DNA of 64,000 nt from Thermodesulfovibrionia bacterium (lineage in GTDB: Bacteria > Nitrospirota > Thermodesulfovibrionia > UBA6902), in contig JAGVNU010000042.1 of assembly GCA_020053105.1 (NCBI GenBank), positions 15,502 to 79,501 on the forward strand. Direction: 5' to 3'. Made by a program: the position numbers and the translations under genes. The number at the start of each line of letters is the position of its first letter. Position 1 is the first letter of the stretch. Below, one piece after another: positions 62,606 through 64,000 of the stretch. The notes under the pieces were generated by a model. That model did no database searches. It was not told the DNA's origin and saw nothing but the letters and a program-made list of their open reading frames with translations.

Positions 62606-63517
62606 ATGGCAGAGGTGAAGATTCAGCGAGTATCCTACGGAGGGTGGGACAACTGCCTGCAGATTTCAAACCGTATTGTCAACCTCATTGTTACGACCGA
62701 TATAGGCCCCAGGATCATTCTATACGGTTTTCCCGGACAGGAAAACGAGATGAGTGAAATTAAATCAACTATGGGATTAACAGGAGGGGACAAATGGAGA
62801 ATTTACGGGGGACATCGTCTCTGGCACAGCCCGGAGGATAGAATCAGGACATATGAACCCGATAACTTCCCGGTGCCGTGGAAGGAAATTACATACGGTG
62901 TCCATACTCTTCAGGCAGTGGAACCAAATACGGGGATAAGGAAAGAGATGGAGATAACGCTCTCTCCTGACAGTACCGCAGTGACGATACTGCACCGTTT
63001 GACAAACAAAGGAAAGTCTCCCGTTGAACTATCGGCATGGAGCATTACCGCAATGGCTCCGGGGGGTAAAGAAGTTGTCCCTCAAACAAATAAAGACACC
63101 AGGTTACTGCCGAACCGCATGATTTCACTCTGGCCCTATACCAGTCTCAACGACAGCCGGGTTTATTTTGGCGGCAAATATATTATCTTGCGCCAGGACC
63201 CGCAGATCAGGCAACCGTTCAAATTCGGCACGTCTAATGAACAGGGATGGGCTGCATATTTCAATCATGACCACCTGTTTGTGAAATATTACAGACACAA
63301 TCCGAATGCCAGATATCCTGATTTAGGAGTATCATACGAGACTTATACAAATGACTACATGCTGGAAATGGAGACACTCTCTCCTCTTACTATGCTGGGA
63401 CCGTCTGCGAGCATTGAGCATGAAGAAAAATGGGAGCTTTTTGACAATTTGCAAATGCCTGATGACGAGGCTGAAATTGAGAGGGTTTTAACAGAGATGA
63501 TTCATATTGCCGGATAA
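62606..63517 (+). CDS. Conserved hypothetical protein (possibly a galactose-mutarotase-like/DUF4380-type fold)
   Basis: 303-aa ORF preceded by AGGAGGG. No signal peptide. GGHRLWHSPE and beta-rich composition. The family call is weak. Confidence 0.5.
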   Translation: MAEVKIQRVSYGGWDNCLQISNRIVNLIVTTDIGPRIILYGFPGQENEMSEIKSTMGLTGGDKWRIYGGHRLWHSPEDRIRTYEPDNFPVPWKEITYGVHTLQAVEPNTGIRKEMEITLSPDSTAVTILHRLTNKGKSPVELSAWSITAMAPGGKEVVPQTNKDTRLLPNRMISLWPYTSLNDSRVYFGGKYIILRQDPQIRQPFKFGTSNEQGWAAYFNHDHLFVKYYRHNPNARYPDLGVSYETYTNDYMLEMETLSPLTMLGPSASIEHEEKWELFDNLQMPDDEAEIERVLTEMIHIAG

Positions 63518-63711
63518 TCCGCTGACCGGCAACAGGCTACCCGTTACACATAACCGTACTGTTATATTCTACTGTCGTTATGCTTCAGTTATTCAATGTC
63601 CCTGCCGAATATATACTTGCAAAGATAACGTTTTTGCGTATTGCGATTGAGATCACAGTTATGTCTTGGATTATCTGATATAAAAGCAGGACTAGAGGTC
63701 AACAATAAACA

Positions 63712-64000
63712 GTGGCTGCGAAACTTGGACAATTGCTTGTCAACGGCAAAATTATTACAGAACCCCAGTTAGACAAGGCCCTTGAATTACAGAAAAAAGA
63801 GGGCGGCCGGGTAGGATCAAATCTTATTAAGCTGGGTTATTTGACTGAGGAATCTTTAGTGGAATTTCTCAGCAGGCAATACGGAGTCCCTGCCGTTGCG
63901 CTTTCAATCCAGGACATTGACCCCTCCATTATTAAATTTGTCCCTTATGAAGTCGCAAATAAATATCAGATATTCCCTATTTCGAAAAATGGCGCTTCGC
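63712..64000 (+). CDS. GspE/PilB-type secretion ATPase, N-terminal (T2SSE_N/MshEN-like) domain, truncated by window edge
   Basis: Not in the ORF track. GTG at 63712 gives VAAKLGQLLVNGKIITEPQLDKALELQKKEGGRVGSNLIKLGYLTEESLVEFLSRQYGVPAVALSIQDIDPSIIKFVPYEVANKYQIFPI, the typical N-terminus of type II secretion / type IV pilus assembly ATPases. Confidence 0.6.
   Translation, partial: MAAKLGQLLVNGKIITEPQLDKALELQKKEGGRVGSNLIKLGYLTEESLVEFLSRQYGVPAVALSIQDIDPSIIKFVPYEVANKYQIFPISKNGAS

Noticed and set aside
1-64000. Search for CRISPR arrays, tRNA/rRNA genes, prophage or conjugation modules
   Set aside because: Reading the intergenic regions showed no regularly spaced direct repeats, no cloverleaf-like or rRNA-like segments, and no integrase, capsid or relaxase ORFs. 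A proper tRNAscan, Infernal or CRISPR scan would be needed to exclude small RNAs.

Overview
Gene-dense 64-kb bacterial chromosomal window. It is AT-leaning overall (about 40-45% GC by eye), with one visibly GC-richer insert at about 38.1-42.4 kb.

Positions 1-33.7 kb form a very large haem / extracellular-electron-transfer (EET) island:
- Minus strand, 1-8256: two paralogous inner-membrane modules (multihaem cytochrome c + di-haem cytochrome b, Cbc-like), an 18-haem cytochrome, a tri-haem cytochrome and an NHL propeller.
- 8577-11554, divergently transcribed: a sensor kinase with a periplasmic CxxCH motif and a sigma54 (NtrC-type) activator.
- Plus-strand array with sigma54 -24/-12 promoters: four paralogues of the Geobacter OmcS nanowire cytochrome (11990-15370 and 29253-30344), NHL and YVTN beta-propellers, a 762-aa outer-membrane beta-barrel, three related lipoproteins, a SurA/PpiD-like PPIase, 26-haem and 16-haem cytochromes, and further cytochromes.

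By my hand count, 15 ORFs carry about 114 canonical CxxCH motifs plus about 9 extended (CX3-6CH) ones. The island is flanked by ccsA/hemX-hemA-hemC.

The right half holds:
- a metal-response island (CDF transporter, CusRS-like two-component system);
- a molybdenum-cofactor cluster (fmdE-like, modE-like, moeA-like, moaA);
- comEC;
- a decayed IS200/IS605 copy apparently inserted into a decayed wHTH + nucleotidyltransferase TA-like pair;
- mutL;
- a UbiD / radical-SAM / GT2 / hydrolase group;
- dCMP deaminase and rlpA;
- class II RNR nrdJ with tandem NrdR-like boxes;
- the start of a GspE/PilB-type ATPase.

I saw no rRNA, tRNA or CRISPR array. The best candidate for a novel system is the OmcS-like filament locus, with its dedicated envelope assembly/secretion genes and haem-sensing sigma54 control. 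All homology statements come from reading the translations and from memory of the families; nothing was searched.
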